Origin: a virus
IMG/VR virus record: IMGVR_UViG_3300021168_000016
Location: 32,001-96,000 of that record
Direction: 5' to 3' (one strand)
Length of the DNA: 64,000 bases
Shown: piece after piece, positions 19,327 to 30,200 of the stretch
How the letters are laid out: each line of letters starts with the position of its first letter
Numbering within the stretch: the first letter of the stretch is position 1
Notes under the pieces: model-generated
What the model was told of the DNA's origin: nothing
The model's database searches: none
Seen by the model: only the letters and a program-made list of their open reading frames with translations
Translations under genes and position numbers: made by a program

Positions 19327-19989
19327 TCATAATATACCTCGTCCGCCAATAGATCGTATCCTTGTAGCGACAGCGCGTTCAGCCCTCCCAAAGTTCTTGC
19401 TAGATAGCTTGGCTGCTCGTTCGACAGGGGTGCGCTGTTGAGTTACCTGCTGTTCAGCATAATCGACTATCTTGTGAAAGATCTCTTCCGTGTAGACGTA
19501 TTGGTTGTTGTAGATATCAGGCTTTGGGGTAGCACCTTTAGCTTCCCACCGAGCGATAGTCGAATGACTGACGCCTAATAGGTTAGCTACTTCATTCCTG
19601 CTGTAGTACTTTTGGCCAGCCTGCAATACAGTAGTATCAGATCCTATGAACTCGTTCTGTGGAAGGGTATCACGGAGAGATTCCTTGAATCGGTTTATCG
19701 AACAGCGAGAACAGATGGATGAATTACGACGTGCTTTCCTTCTTTTACAGATACTGCAGAGTTCACTCTCGTCGTATGCTGGCTGTTGATGTGCGATTGC
19801 GACTTCTTTTATGCGCTGTAGTTCCTCTTCCGTATACAAGGACATACCATTGTAGCGGGTAGCTGAAGTAATTATCCCTTTCTTTTCCCAGCGACTGATA
19901 GTAGAGTGATCCACACCAGCGAGTTCAGCCACTTGCTTACGTGTGTATAGGTTCGGTGCAGCGTTGATTGGAATAGGTGTATCAGCCAT
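19327..19989 (-). CDS. tandem MerR-like HTH DNA-binding protein with central zinc finger
   Basis: two YxRxxVAxLxGVxHSTIxRWExKG repeats flanking CSIC...CSRC. Confidence 0.8.
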   Translation of the reverse strand: MADTPIPINAAPNLYTRKQVAELAGVDHSTISRWEKKGIITSATRYNGMSLYTEEELQRIKEVAIAHQQPAYDESELCSICKRRKARRNSSICSRCSINRFKESLRDTLPQNEFIGSDTTVLQAGQKYYSRNEVANLLGVSHSTIARWEAKGATPKPDIYNNQYVYTEEIFHKIVDYAEQQVTQQRTPVERAAKLSSKNFGRAERAVATRIRSIGGRGIL

Positions 19990-20144
19990 TTTATTCTGCC
20001 TGTAAGTTATTATACCGCTAGTATAGGACGGAATGAAATATTTTTATATAACAACCTTTGCAGACATCCTTAGTAGTTAAGATTTTCATTAAAATCAAGA
20101 TGATGATATCAGCAGTAACGGTATACTAGGTAAAGGAGATTTAT

Positions 20145-20648
20145 ATGAAAAGTTTAGCAGCAGTACTAATGCTGATGATTTTATCTGCAGCAGCACAAAA
20201 GGTATGGGTAGGTACTGTCAAGGATGCTCCCTGTACTGAGATTAAAGACTTCTCGATAGGAGCTCCTACGTGGCAGGGATATCCTGAATCTGACTATACA
20301 AAGTATATGGAAGATACAACTGTGAGGGACGACTTTCAGATAGGACCAACCGTAGTTTGGTTTCCACCAGCACCGAAGGATGCTCCTGGCTGGGAATATG
20401 AGAATGTAGGTGACGGTACAGACAGTGGACCGCTTAAAGACTTTGAACCGCCTATGGATGTACCTGCCCTCACTGAAACTAAGAGTTGTTTCGATACTTT
20501 TTCTTTAGCATATTCAACTGGGTGGTCTATTTCTGAAGATGCAAAACATGGTTGTAAAATAACGTTTGCTACCTGTGCTGATAAGTCTCGTATACTGTTA
20601 ACTGCAGAAGATGGTTCTAAGCACTGTGTAAAGTTTCCTCAGATGTAG
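20145..20648 (+). CDS. secreted hypothetical protein
   Basis: signal peptide MKSLAAVLMLMILSAAA; AAGGAG RBS. Confidence 0.6.
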   Translation: MKSLAAVLMLMILSAAAQKVWVGTVKDAPCTEIKDFSIGAPTWQGYPESDYTKYMEDTTVRDDFQIGPTVVWFPPAPKDAPGWEYENVGDGTDSGPLKDFEPPMDVPALTETKSCFDTFSLAYSTGWSISEDAKHGCKITFATCADKSRILLTAEDGSKHCVKFPQM

Positions 20649-20699
20649 ATGTATAGGAAGTTTATGGCAGTTTAGCAGAATTTGCTAATAACTGAAGAT

Positions 20700-20803
20700 T
20701 AGTAGTTAGGATTTTCGGAAAGTAGAACCATATCTGAAGATACCATTGGATGTGGTTACCAGTTAAGATTTTCGGAAAGTATAGTTCTAGATGAAGATAC
20801 CAG
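20700..20803. repeat. imperfect tandem direct repeat (2 copies)
   Basis: AGTTARGATTTTCGGAAAGTA...TGAAGATACCA twice. Confidence 0.6.
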
Positions 20804-20997
20804 TCCCCGTCGTCACAAAAATAAATTCGAAAATTGGCTCATAATGGCCCTTGAATTGCAAGGGATTGCAAACTACGCCGAGTCCCTGTGCGCGCTAGTG
20901 CGCCGAGTCTGTGCTCACAATGCAACCAAATTGTATACAATATACGTGCAATTGGGACGTAAGAAAAGGCCAGTGCGTTATGCACTGGCCGAGTAGC

Positions 20998-21252
20998 CTA
21001 CGCTGTGTGTGTGGGTTGAATGTTAGCCTCGACTGTCATACCTGCGATGAGCAGGGCAGCCTGTAGCTTAGGTCCGCTTAAACCGCTAATCTCGATAACG
21101 ATTGCTAGATGCTCCTTTGCATCCTCGACAGTGAACCCGACCGAAAGCATTTGGAAACAATCCCAGACCCCATGTACTACTACATGGACGTCAGCGAATG
21201 AGCCGCTATAGTGGCAGCACTTGCAAGGCTCCAATCTGAAGTTACGCGCCAT
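20998..21252 (-). CDS. hypothetical protein
   Basis: AAGGA RBS; followed by GGCCAGTGC/GCACTGGCC terminator-like hairpin at 20968-20990. Confidence 0.5.
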   Translation of the reverse strand: MARNFRLEPCKCCHYSGSFADVHVVVHGVWDCFQMLSVGFTVEDAKEHLAIVIEISGLSGPKLQAALLIAGMTVEANIQPTHTA

Positions 21253-21373
21253 TGTTTTGTTCCTTTCAGTGTGTGTGTGTAGTTCGTGCAAATAGGCTTG
21301 CGCCTAGGGTATGCCATGCACCGCTGTACTAGCGGTAAGGCACCATACCCTAGACGCAAACTACGTGTACCAA

Positions 21374-21790
21374 CTAGACGGTTGCTGAACCATCCTTACC
21401 CTTTCCCTTTGCGGGAATTGGGGTTGGCATCTTGGCCTTGAGTTCTTCCATCTTGGCCTTGACAGTAGCCAATTGCGCCTTGAGTGTGTCCGGCGGGGTT
21501 GGCATGGTTGCCCCACGTCCCCTACCGGAACGTTCCTTGCGGACAATATCCTCAGTCGCAAGGACTCGGAATGCATCCGTGCCGATATACTCAAGTACAC
21601 CGTCCCCGTATGCATCCTTACCGCGCGGTACGAATCCCTCATTCGTCCGAACGTATGCAACGTCGGAAGGGTAGATACCACCCTTCCATTCAGGGGAAGA
21701 TTCGCGGACTAGGAACTTAATCTGTTCCCCTGTCAACGTAGCGCCAACATATTCGCGGGTTGCCTTCTCAATTCGGGTATCGTTTGCCAT
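21374..21790 (-). CDS. hypothetical protein with C-terminal coiled coil
   Basis: AGGAG RBS before MANDTRIEK; GC-richer than the surrounding genes. Confidence 0.65.
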   Translation of the reverse strand: MANDTRIEKATREYVGATLTGEQIKFLVRESSPEWKGGIYPSDVAYVRTNEGFVPRGKDAYGDGVLEYIGTDAFRVLATEDIVRKERSGRGRGATMPTPPDTLKAQLATVKAKMEELKAKMPTPIPAKGKGKDGSATV

Positions 21791-21804
21791 GATGTGTGTA
21801 TCTC

Positions 21805-22095
21805 CTGTGCATAGGGGTTTACCCTTATGCCTGTGCTCAGGTATCAGGTTACCCTGTATACCCTGTCCCTTTTGCTGCATACAGGTGAGCCATGCGAACT
21901 GCTAGGGCCTGTATGGTTGGTCGGACTAACCTTTGTACCCTGTCTTGGGTTAGCCTACGGCTCACCTGTCGGGTACGTTTCGCCATTCGATCCAAGGGGC
22001 AGGATTCGGGAAACCCTGCTCGGGGCTGGTACGCGCGTACGGGGTGCGAAACCCGAGCCGCGCCAATTGCAACCAACCGCCAACCGAACGACTAC
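21805..22095. ncRNA. candidate structured RNA/leader
   Basis: 11-bp ACAGGTGAGCC/GGCTCACCTGT helix plus several shorter stems; no credible ORF. Confidence 0.4.
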
Positions 22096-22701
22096 TTAAT
22101 CACTGTAACATGAGTGTTATAACGTAGGCTTGCATATGGGGTTTATACGCTTGTAAGTACCTTTGCTTGCAATACGAAAATAATTATCTTGACATGTTTG
22201 CAATTGGGGAATCTTGCACAGCAATTGTGTGCAATTTACACACACTTGGCCTTGATCGTGCGCCGAGTGCTGGCTTGATCGGTGCGCCTATAGTAAGGAT
22301 GCGTCTAAACCCTAGATTCTAATGGCCTTATGCTATGTGTATGAAAATAAAGGGTTTAGCAAATTGGGCATTTTGACGACGAGCCGGCGGAGGGCAGCCG
22401 ACGACGAAGATGTATATAGAGCCATAATAGGAGCTGGAGGACGTAGAGCAGGTAAATATAGAACAAAAAGAAGAAAACGAAGCTGTAGATTCTACCTCAT
22501 AGAATCTTAATATTTAACAACGACGCAGAGGAGGATGTAGAACGCTCTTGCTCTGCTAATAAAGATGTATCTTACTCCTATTAGGATGTTGTTTCCTGTC
22601 ATAACAGATTCCTCCTAGCTAAAAAGAGGTGAAATATTTTTCTGGCATAACTGCTATAGAACTGAGGTATATACTATAGCAGGAGGAAAGAGGAGGTAGC
22701 C

Positions 22702-23139
22702 ATGATTAAACCTACTATAGACTATCCCAAAGAATATCAAGCCTATTGTGACGCTAAGTTCAGATGTAATAATCCAAACAACAATGAGTATCCTTACTAT
22801 GGCGGACGAGGCATCGCGTTCCTATATAGAAGTTTCGAGCAGTTCATAGAGGACCTTGGCAAGCGTCCAGAGGGAATGACGCTTGATAGAATTGATAATG
22901 ATGGACACTATCAGCCTGGCAACTGTAGATGGGCTACAAGGATAGAGCAAGCAGGCAATAGAAAGAGGAGGATTGCTCCTAGGAGGATTGTCACGTGCGA
23001 ACTGCCATTGGAAATGTTCATTAGATTAGAAGCAGCTAGGAGAAAGATTAATATGCCAATGAATCAGCTGCTGAAAGGGATGATCCTGGAGAAAGTAGAG
23101 GAGATAGAAAGAATTCTTACTGCAGATATCGCTGTATAA
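22702..23139 (+). CDS. HNH endonuclease (YGGRGI type) with C-terminal RHH-like segment
   Basis: RCNNPNN..YYGGRGI...[20 protein letters not shown]. Confidence 0.85.
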   Translation: MIKPTIDYPKEYQAYCDAKFRCNNPNNNEYPYYGGRGIAFLYRSFEQFIEDLGKRPEGMTLDRIDNDGHYQPGNCRWATRIEQAGNRKRRIAPRRIVTCELPLEMFIRLEAARRKINMPMNQLLKGMILEKVEEIERILTADIAV

Positions 23140-23396
23140 CCGTAGTTGAGGAGGAAGTTAGATGACGACTATGTTGTAATCATATGTATCGCGATATTTC
23201 TGAATCTTTCATGATTTAATAGCTCTAAACATCTTCAATACGTCTTGTAGAGCAATAGATTACTAATCACCTCCGTATACTGACGATGTTATTTATACTG
23301 ATCCTACGGTATTACCTATAGCTAGCATACTCTTCATAGAATCTCACAGGCTTACGGGTATACAATCCGGGGTATATAAGCATATAGGAGGCTTAT

Positions 23397-24813
23397 ATGC
23401 TAAGGCATTCTCTCGTAGGTATCCTACTTGCTGTCGGCTACACAATACTCTCTCGATATGTACTCCACAGCAAAACTCTCATCATTACATCATTCCTTGG
23501 CTTCCTATTCGGCTGGTTCCTATATGATGTCATTAGGCTGATGATACGTCGTAGGAGGATAAAGATCTGCACACGACCTTTTCCTCACATCTGTAGAGTA
23601 AACGGACCTTGTAACGGTCTCCCAAACGATTCACCCGATGACGTAGATGAATTGAAATCGGATGCTTGGAGAGAGGCAGACTGACAGGATTATAAAGAAA
23701 TAAGGGTTATAAAGAAATGAAAGAGGAAATTAGACAAGCATTTGAGGCTTCCTATCCACTAGCTAATTGGGAGATAAAACAGCTCGGTGAGCCTGTAGCT
23801 CGCGCTATCATGGATCAGCATACAAAACGCGAGTGGGAAGCCTTCCAAAAAGGTTGGGAGGCAGCTAAAGAGAGGTTTATAAAGAAATGAAAGTATTCTT
23901 GCTTATATTCATTGGAGCTAGCCTATATATCAGTTGGGTGTTCTTCTGGATGGGCAGAAATGTAAATCATAACTGGCCATTTCTCCCATGCTTTATCATG
24001 GGATTTGTCTTCCCAATCTCTCTAGCCATTGCTATAGCAATTAAGCTGACAGGATTATAAAGATATGCTAGTTGAAATCACGATTAAAAGAGATGATGGC
24101 ACCGTCGTAATTAAAGCAGGAGGGAATGCTTTCGGTCAGATCGAATGGAGAGCTCCTCTGGATAATGGCTTAATCGATATGCAAGCCAGTAAAGTTCTAC
24201 AGGGATTTGTATTCATCTCTGATTTTACTTATCTAGATGTAGGAGAAATAGAATATGAGACAAGAGATTAAATCTTGGATGTATACAGCAGCACATGCTT
24301 GTAAGACGCTAGATAGAGATATGCAGGATCGATTAGGTCGTCAAGCAGACATAGCTGACCTAGCTGTTGTCATAGCTCGTGCCTACTATCAGGAGAATGA
24401 TAGCAATGAAGATTAAAGAAGTTAGATTCATAGAGGGTTAGGCATAATCCTTAGGGCAGCAATAGAGTCTCAGAGATTCGTAGCCAAAACTAAAGCAACG
24501 GGTAAGAGATTAGCGATACTAGATGGCCTCTACCAAGTTACTACTTCCTATTTATGTGCAGGATTCGTGATTAAGGATGGGCTGATTACATTCTGTGCTC
24601 CTATCCTAAGGAATAAGCTATCTTATTGGATGTCGATTGCACAGAGGATAGGAGATTAGAATGTATAAAATACTGGTGATAGTGCTTTATCAAGGGAATG
24701 TAGCTGTGACTACAGTTGGATACGATGAAAGGGATAGAGCAGATATCGCTTACGATAAGATAGCATCTACCAATAACGTCTTCATTGGAGATTTCAAAGT
24801 CATCAAGCTGTAT
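23397..24813 (+). other. run of small hypothetical/membrane CDSs (23397-23684, ~23717-23890, ~23887-24049, 24065-24271 and others)
   Basis: short coupled ORFs; recurring TTATAAAGA(A)ATG start context. Confidence 0.45.
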
Positions 24814-25196
24814 TAGGTCCTTCCCTTCCCTTGATCGTTACAAGCACGATTTCTGATGAATTTAAGACTTCTGCTCTGTATATCATGATAGGCATCAATC
24901 TCAGCAGCAGTCCTTAGATTATCAGCAGCTGAAGGATAGCCCCACTGTGAAGCACGATCACCATCAAAGAAAGGCTTTAGCTCAGGATTACGTTCATAGA
25001 GGACAAGGATAGCTAAACGAACACTAGGTACATGTACAGCGTAATCGATATCATAGAGGACAAATGCTCTACTGAGGTGAGCCTTAACTGTACGTCTAGC
25101 CATATCAAGTGCTTTGCCAATCTGTTGGTTAGAGTATCCTAGAATCAAGAGATTGAGTACCTGTATAGCTCGCGATCCTAGGATTCTTTGTTTCAT
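24813..25196 (-). CDS. LuxR-like HTH regulator
   Basis: LLILGYSNQQIGKALDMARRTVKAHL. Confidence 0.75.
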   Translation of the reverse strand: MKQRILGSRAIQVLNLLILGYSNQQIGKALDMARRTVKAHLSRAFVLYDIDYAVHVPSVRLAILVLYERNPELKPFFDGDRASQWGYPSAADNLRTAAEIDAYHDIQSRSLKFIRNRACNDQGKGRT

Positions 25197-25280
25197 ACTG
25201 TGTTGACAGTATATAGGTAAGATTCATGTATATATAGGATAAAAGACAGCGGTATATAAAGAATAGGAGGAATATAGAAT

Positions 25281-25709
25281 ATGCCACTAATCGCGAAGCA
25301 AAAAGAAAGAAGTATGAGTCCGCAGAAAGCTACAGCCATCACCTTGAAGATGCAAGGACTTACATATGAAGAAGTAGCGGAAAGAATGAACTGCACTCCT
25401 GCAAATGTTTCGCAATTGTGTCGGCCATCTAAGAACATTGCTTGGGAACTCAAAAGGAAAGCTAAATTCAGATGTCAGCACTGTAATACACCGATAAGAA
25501 CTGGGCATGTCCATCATATTGATTACAACGTTTCAATAGAGATATTCAATTCTATTTCGAATCTACTGTACTTATGTGATGCATGCCATAGCAAGTTACA
25601 CTGGGAAGGAGAGAAAGGAGTTAAATGGAATAAACAGGAAAGAATTAGATGGAATGAACAGAGGGTAAGAAAAGCAAAGCAACTTTATTATGTTAATAAT
25701 CATTATTAA
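25281..25709 (+). CDS. HTH plus HNH endonuclease
   Basis: GLTYEEVAERMNCT; RCQHC...HVHHIDY...NLLYLCDACHSKLH. Confidence 0.8.
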   Translation: MPLIAKQKERSMSPQKATAITLKMQGLTYEEVAERMNCTPANVSQLCRPSKNIAWELKRKAKFRCQHCNTPIRTGHVHHIDYNVSIEIFNSISNLLYLCDACHSKLHWEGEKGVKWNKQERIRWNEQRVRKAKQLYYVNNHY

Positions 25710-25924
25710 CTTACTTGGGATTATGCAAATCACTTTGCAAAACAAAGAACTTTATAAAAAGGTGTTGAAAACAAAGGTAATTCTCCAGATGCAAAGGGAC
25801 GTGCGATAGGGTAAACTGGTAACGGTGTCCGTCCTGAGCAAAACGCGATGCAAGGCGGGTGGTGGGCCGAGCGCCCCCGCTCGCAAAACCTTCCGTGTCA
25901 ACAAAATTCTAAAGGAGACAATGA

Positions 25925-26062
25925 ATGAAGATACCAACAATAAAAGGTTGGAACAAAGTTCATTTAAACTATCACCGAATGCCGGCAGAAAGGACGGCGG
26001 ACAAACAAACCAAAGTCGACTGGAGAAAGGTAGTCAGGAAACAATTCTACAAATCACGCTAG
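25925..26062 (+). CDS. 45-aa basic peptide (MKIPTIKGWNK...KQFYKSR)
   Basis: AAGGAG RBS 8 nt upstream; ends right before a conserved hairpin element. Confidence 0.4.
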   Translation: MKIPTIKGWNKVHLNYHRMPAERTADKQTKVDWRKVVRKQFYKSR

Positions 26063-27170
26063 ATACGATACGACATAGTGGGGTTGGGATTCTATATTCC
26101 AACCCCAGTTTGATGTATCGCATATACATCAGTGGAGATAGGAATAGCGCGAGCCGGTGGACATCACCTTATACCGGTGGACAGGATGGGATGTCACATT
26201 CCTTCGGGAATGGGGCGCAACAGATAGGACAATCCAGCTATACCGAATTAGACCATAGCAGTCTAATCAACCCATGTGGATCCTATCGCAAACTAACCTC
26301 CTGTGGCCCAAAAATCTACGGTAGCGGCGTTAAAGACTTCAAATTTAACAGCTTACCCAACCCGCTACTATCAAAAGTCGATGCCAGAATCGAAAGACGG
26401 TCGACGGGCGATCAAGACCAAAAGAGAGTGGCACTCCTATCGATAAGGACCCAAAAGCGGAGCAATGGGAAGGCTAGCAGAATATGCGAAATGGCTAGCC
26501 AGACAGTCTTAACAATCAACAAAAATCACTGTCAATTCCCCGCCCGGCGAAGTAGGCATCAAGTTCATATCTATATGAACTTGGTCTAGTCAAGAGGCCA
26601 GAAGCCAATTTGACCCAAACAATCCTTGCTGTATCCCAGGTGTCCATCAACATAGAGTTGAACGGCAGTCATTAAATCAGCGTGACAGGTTGATTTAATG
26701 GTTGCTGTTAAGGAAGACGGGGACGGACAGAGCTTAACTGGATTGGAGTAGGTCATCTGAGGTGAATCTGCAAGGCAGAAGACAACGCGAAGTTGTCGAT
26801 ATTACTGCTCATCAAGATAATACAACTTGATGGCTATGGGTAGACTAGGCGTTATGTCCAAAATCCAACGTCACATGGATTTAGTCCACAAAGACGAGAG
26901 AGAACCGAATGGAGTAGTTACTCCATACGTGAGAGACCCAATTTGTGGTATGTGACGTAAGATTTTGGTGTAGCCGAGGCGCAAATACATCCAGCAAGAG
27001 TCGATAGAGTTGGTAATGTAGTTAACAACGCTAGACCTTGAAATCGCATGTGACATTTCTTGAATAATCGACAGCGGTCTAGTATTTGGAATGTCGATAG
27101 CTAGAGAGAAAGAGACTAATCGATTACATGATTTGGTGGATGGATTTGCTCCTTACGATACACCAAGCTC
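26063..27170 (+). ncRNA. candidate large structured ncRNA
   Basis: more than 10 local hairpins and long-range complementarities over ~1.1 kb lacking protein-like ORFs. Confidence 0.55.
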
Positions 27171-27206
27171 TTGAAAACAAATCAGATTGTACTGGAGGAT
27201 AACAAT

Positions 27207-30200
27207 ATGAAAACACGGACGGTAGCTGAGTACATCGACAATTGCAGTAGCTGGATAGATTCAGACAAAAAGAAGCATGTGCAAGAACACGTCAAGAAGC
27301 TATGGGAACAATTCTGGCAAATGGCAGGGATAAAGGAAGGCGAAACGATCACAGAAGTTGGCGATTTCGACTGCATGGGATCGCAAGAAGCGGAAATCAA
27401 GGCTAGGAAGATCGCCGGTTGGACAGAATGGCTTGGTGAAGAGTCGACCTTAATCTGGAAAGATGGTCGGCTAGTGGCTGAGGTGATATGCTGCCGAGGG
27501 AGCTGGGACATGGTACTGAATGGAAAGAAGTATTACGAAAGTCTGAGGGAGCCGGTCTGGGTGGAAAGAGAGGTATGGCTGGCCGAAGTCAATGCACGGG
27601 CAGCTCTGTCAGGACTTGACAAATTGTCGTAATCAGCGACATAGAGTGGATGGCTAACCAGCGTCCACTACTTGATGTTGATTACAAACAGATTGTATTG
27701 GAGGATAACATGGCAGGCAGATTCGTTAGTCCCGATGAAATGCTCCGGGCTGCTAAAGACATGCAGCTTGAGGGTCGTGAACCAATCACAACTCGTGATT
27801 GGCAGCTGATAATCAACTTCATAGCTGCTAACACAGCAGATGGTCTTGAGAAGGCTGTCTGCAAGATGGCCAAACTGATATACAGCATCCCACTCAGCGA
27901 TTCAGACATAGAAGAAATTGCTGTATTCCAGCACAATCACAAGAATCCTTCAAGCCCGGAAGACGAAATGGAAAGGGCAAGGAGATAGAGATGGCGCGCG
28001 GATATAACCCGCAGCGGTTGACAATGACGGAAAGATTGGCTTTCTCGATGTCTAAGGACAAGAAGAAGGTCATATCTTTCCGTCACTCAAACAAAGGATG
28101 TCTGCCGTGGCAACGACATTTAGTTGTCACGTCATTTGCCAAGCAGAAAGAGAAGCCAACGGAGAGGAAAGTAATCCTCCCAATCAAGACAGGAGATAAG
28201 GTCCTGCATTCAGCTGGCGGGATAGGATTTGTGAGGAAAGTTGACAGCCGCGGAATCTGGGTGAACATGGATCCGAAGCATGGCGACAACCTATTCAACC
28301 ATAATCAAGTCTGCCGCCAATGTAAGATGATATTCGCGTCAGCAGACATTAATCGACTACATCGAGAGCATGGTCATAGACGTGAATATCCATACGTCAC
28401 ACAATCGCGGAAGATTAGCAAGAGCGAAGAAAGATATATGGAAGCCAAGGAAAGACGGACAGTCGCGCAATATGTTGGCGACAATCGGGAATTGATTCAG
28501 GTCGAGGAGTAAAATTCAATCAGATTGTACTGGAGGAACAAAATGGCAACACGAAGGCAATTTGGGAAGTTAGTCGCGGGAGCGATAAGCACATCGCTAC
28601 TACCGAAGTCCAGCGAAAGTCAACCAGCAAAAGTGGTAACTCCAAAGGCGCCAGTTGTTGGGCAGAACAAACTCACAGTTGATTTGACCTTCAAGACAAT
28701 TGAAGAGACTGGCTACGATTCTCACTTCATGGGAGTTGAGGTAAATGGAGTCCATGTCATCCCTGAAAGATTTGATGGGCACGAGACTGTACATCTACAG
28801 GAGCTTCCAGACAGCGAAGTCTTCCTGGTCAGACAGTCCAAGGATGATGGTAGCAATTGGCAGCGAGCTTCAGAGATTGTAACTGGTGTCCCCTGTGATG
28901 GAATGTATACAGCCAACGAAGATGATATCAACTTCGCACGAATTGAAATCATGACTGGGATGCCAACAGACGATGTGATTGTCTCCCGATTGTGGATGAT
29001 TGGCGACGGCTATCTAGCAGTTGTCAGCGGCTGCGTCGGTTATAGAATTGGCGAGCACATCGTCAAAGACGCCTTAGCATGGTGCGAAATGTCACATGGG
29101 ACAGATGGATTCTTAATCGCGCATGTCAGCTTCACGCGGACAATCGCGGATTGGAAGCAGGTAATTGAAGAGTTGGGAGACATCTACCCAGCCGTGAAAG
29201 GTAGTTCAGACAACTTTGGCTGGTAGGGAGTCAATATGAAAGTCAAGGAGTTAATCAAGCATCTCGAAGCCATTGACAACAATGACTTAGAAGTCGTTCT
29301 TGTCAGTGACGTAGAAGCATCTCCGGAAGTAATTAAGCAGCCTGAGATGTCCCATGAATTCCACCATCGTGAAGAAAAGATTATATTTGTCGGATTTACT
29401 GACAAAGCAGTCTTCATTCACGCCGAAGCTCACGCGATTTATTAATCAGCGACATAGAGTAGACAAACGTGACAGTTGTCTACTCTTTGATGTTGATATA
29501 AATCAATCAGATAGGAGATGTTATGCGTCAGATTGGATCTGATCTTCGTGAAGTATATGGTTCGCACTATCGTCCCGAGCTAGTTGGTCAGCTTGGATCG
29601 GTTGTTAATGTTCAAACCCTTAGGGTAGCAATGGGTCTACCGGCAGGCAAACTGCCAGTCGGCGCTGTTGATGCTCAGCTGATAGGTGATACCTATGTGG
29701 GTATTTCCAGCAGAGCAGTCGCGGAATTGATGGCACCTAACTCACACAGGCCACATAGAATGTTTGCCCGTTGTAATCACTGTGGCCGTTGGATACCTGT
29801 CGGACGCTTTGGACAGCATCTCGGCTTATACCGAATTGGTGGAAGAACTGCTGATGGCAAGCCACGATATGGCAAGCCATGTAAGGAGCGTGTATCATGA
29901 CATCAGGACGCAGATTTTTCTGGTCACCTAAAACCTCAATAGAACACATCAAACAGACAATAGGTGGCTCCACAATCAGCCATGAAGAGATGGAAAAGCT
30001 GAAGCAAGAACAGAAGACTGACATCGAGAAAGGAGCGGCTGAGGCTAGCCGCCAGCATCTCCGACTAATCGGGCTATTCCAGGAGATTGGAATGCATCCG
30101 ACAGGTATTCACATCGGCATTGAAAAAGGAGGAACACTCCTTTCGGATGATGGAGAGGAGCTTTGGAATGGAGCTATCTCCGCAGAATCATTCGAAGATA

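Noticed and set aside
25825-26589. 254-aa ORF
   Set aside because: Ser/Gly/Arg-rich, non-protein-like composition overlapping dense RNA hairpins; the RBS spacing better fits the 45-aa ORF at 25925
25801-27170. Group II intron (starts GTGCG) or group I intron (GACTA/TAGTC)
   Set aside because: No domain V (AGC-CG...GNRA...ACGG) or canonical P/Q/R/S elements seen, no maturase, and no interrupted gene
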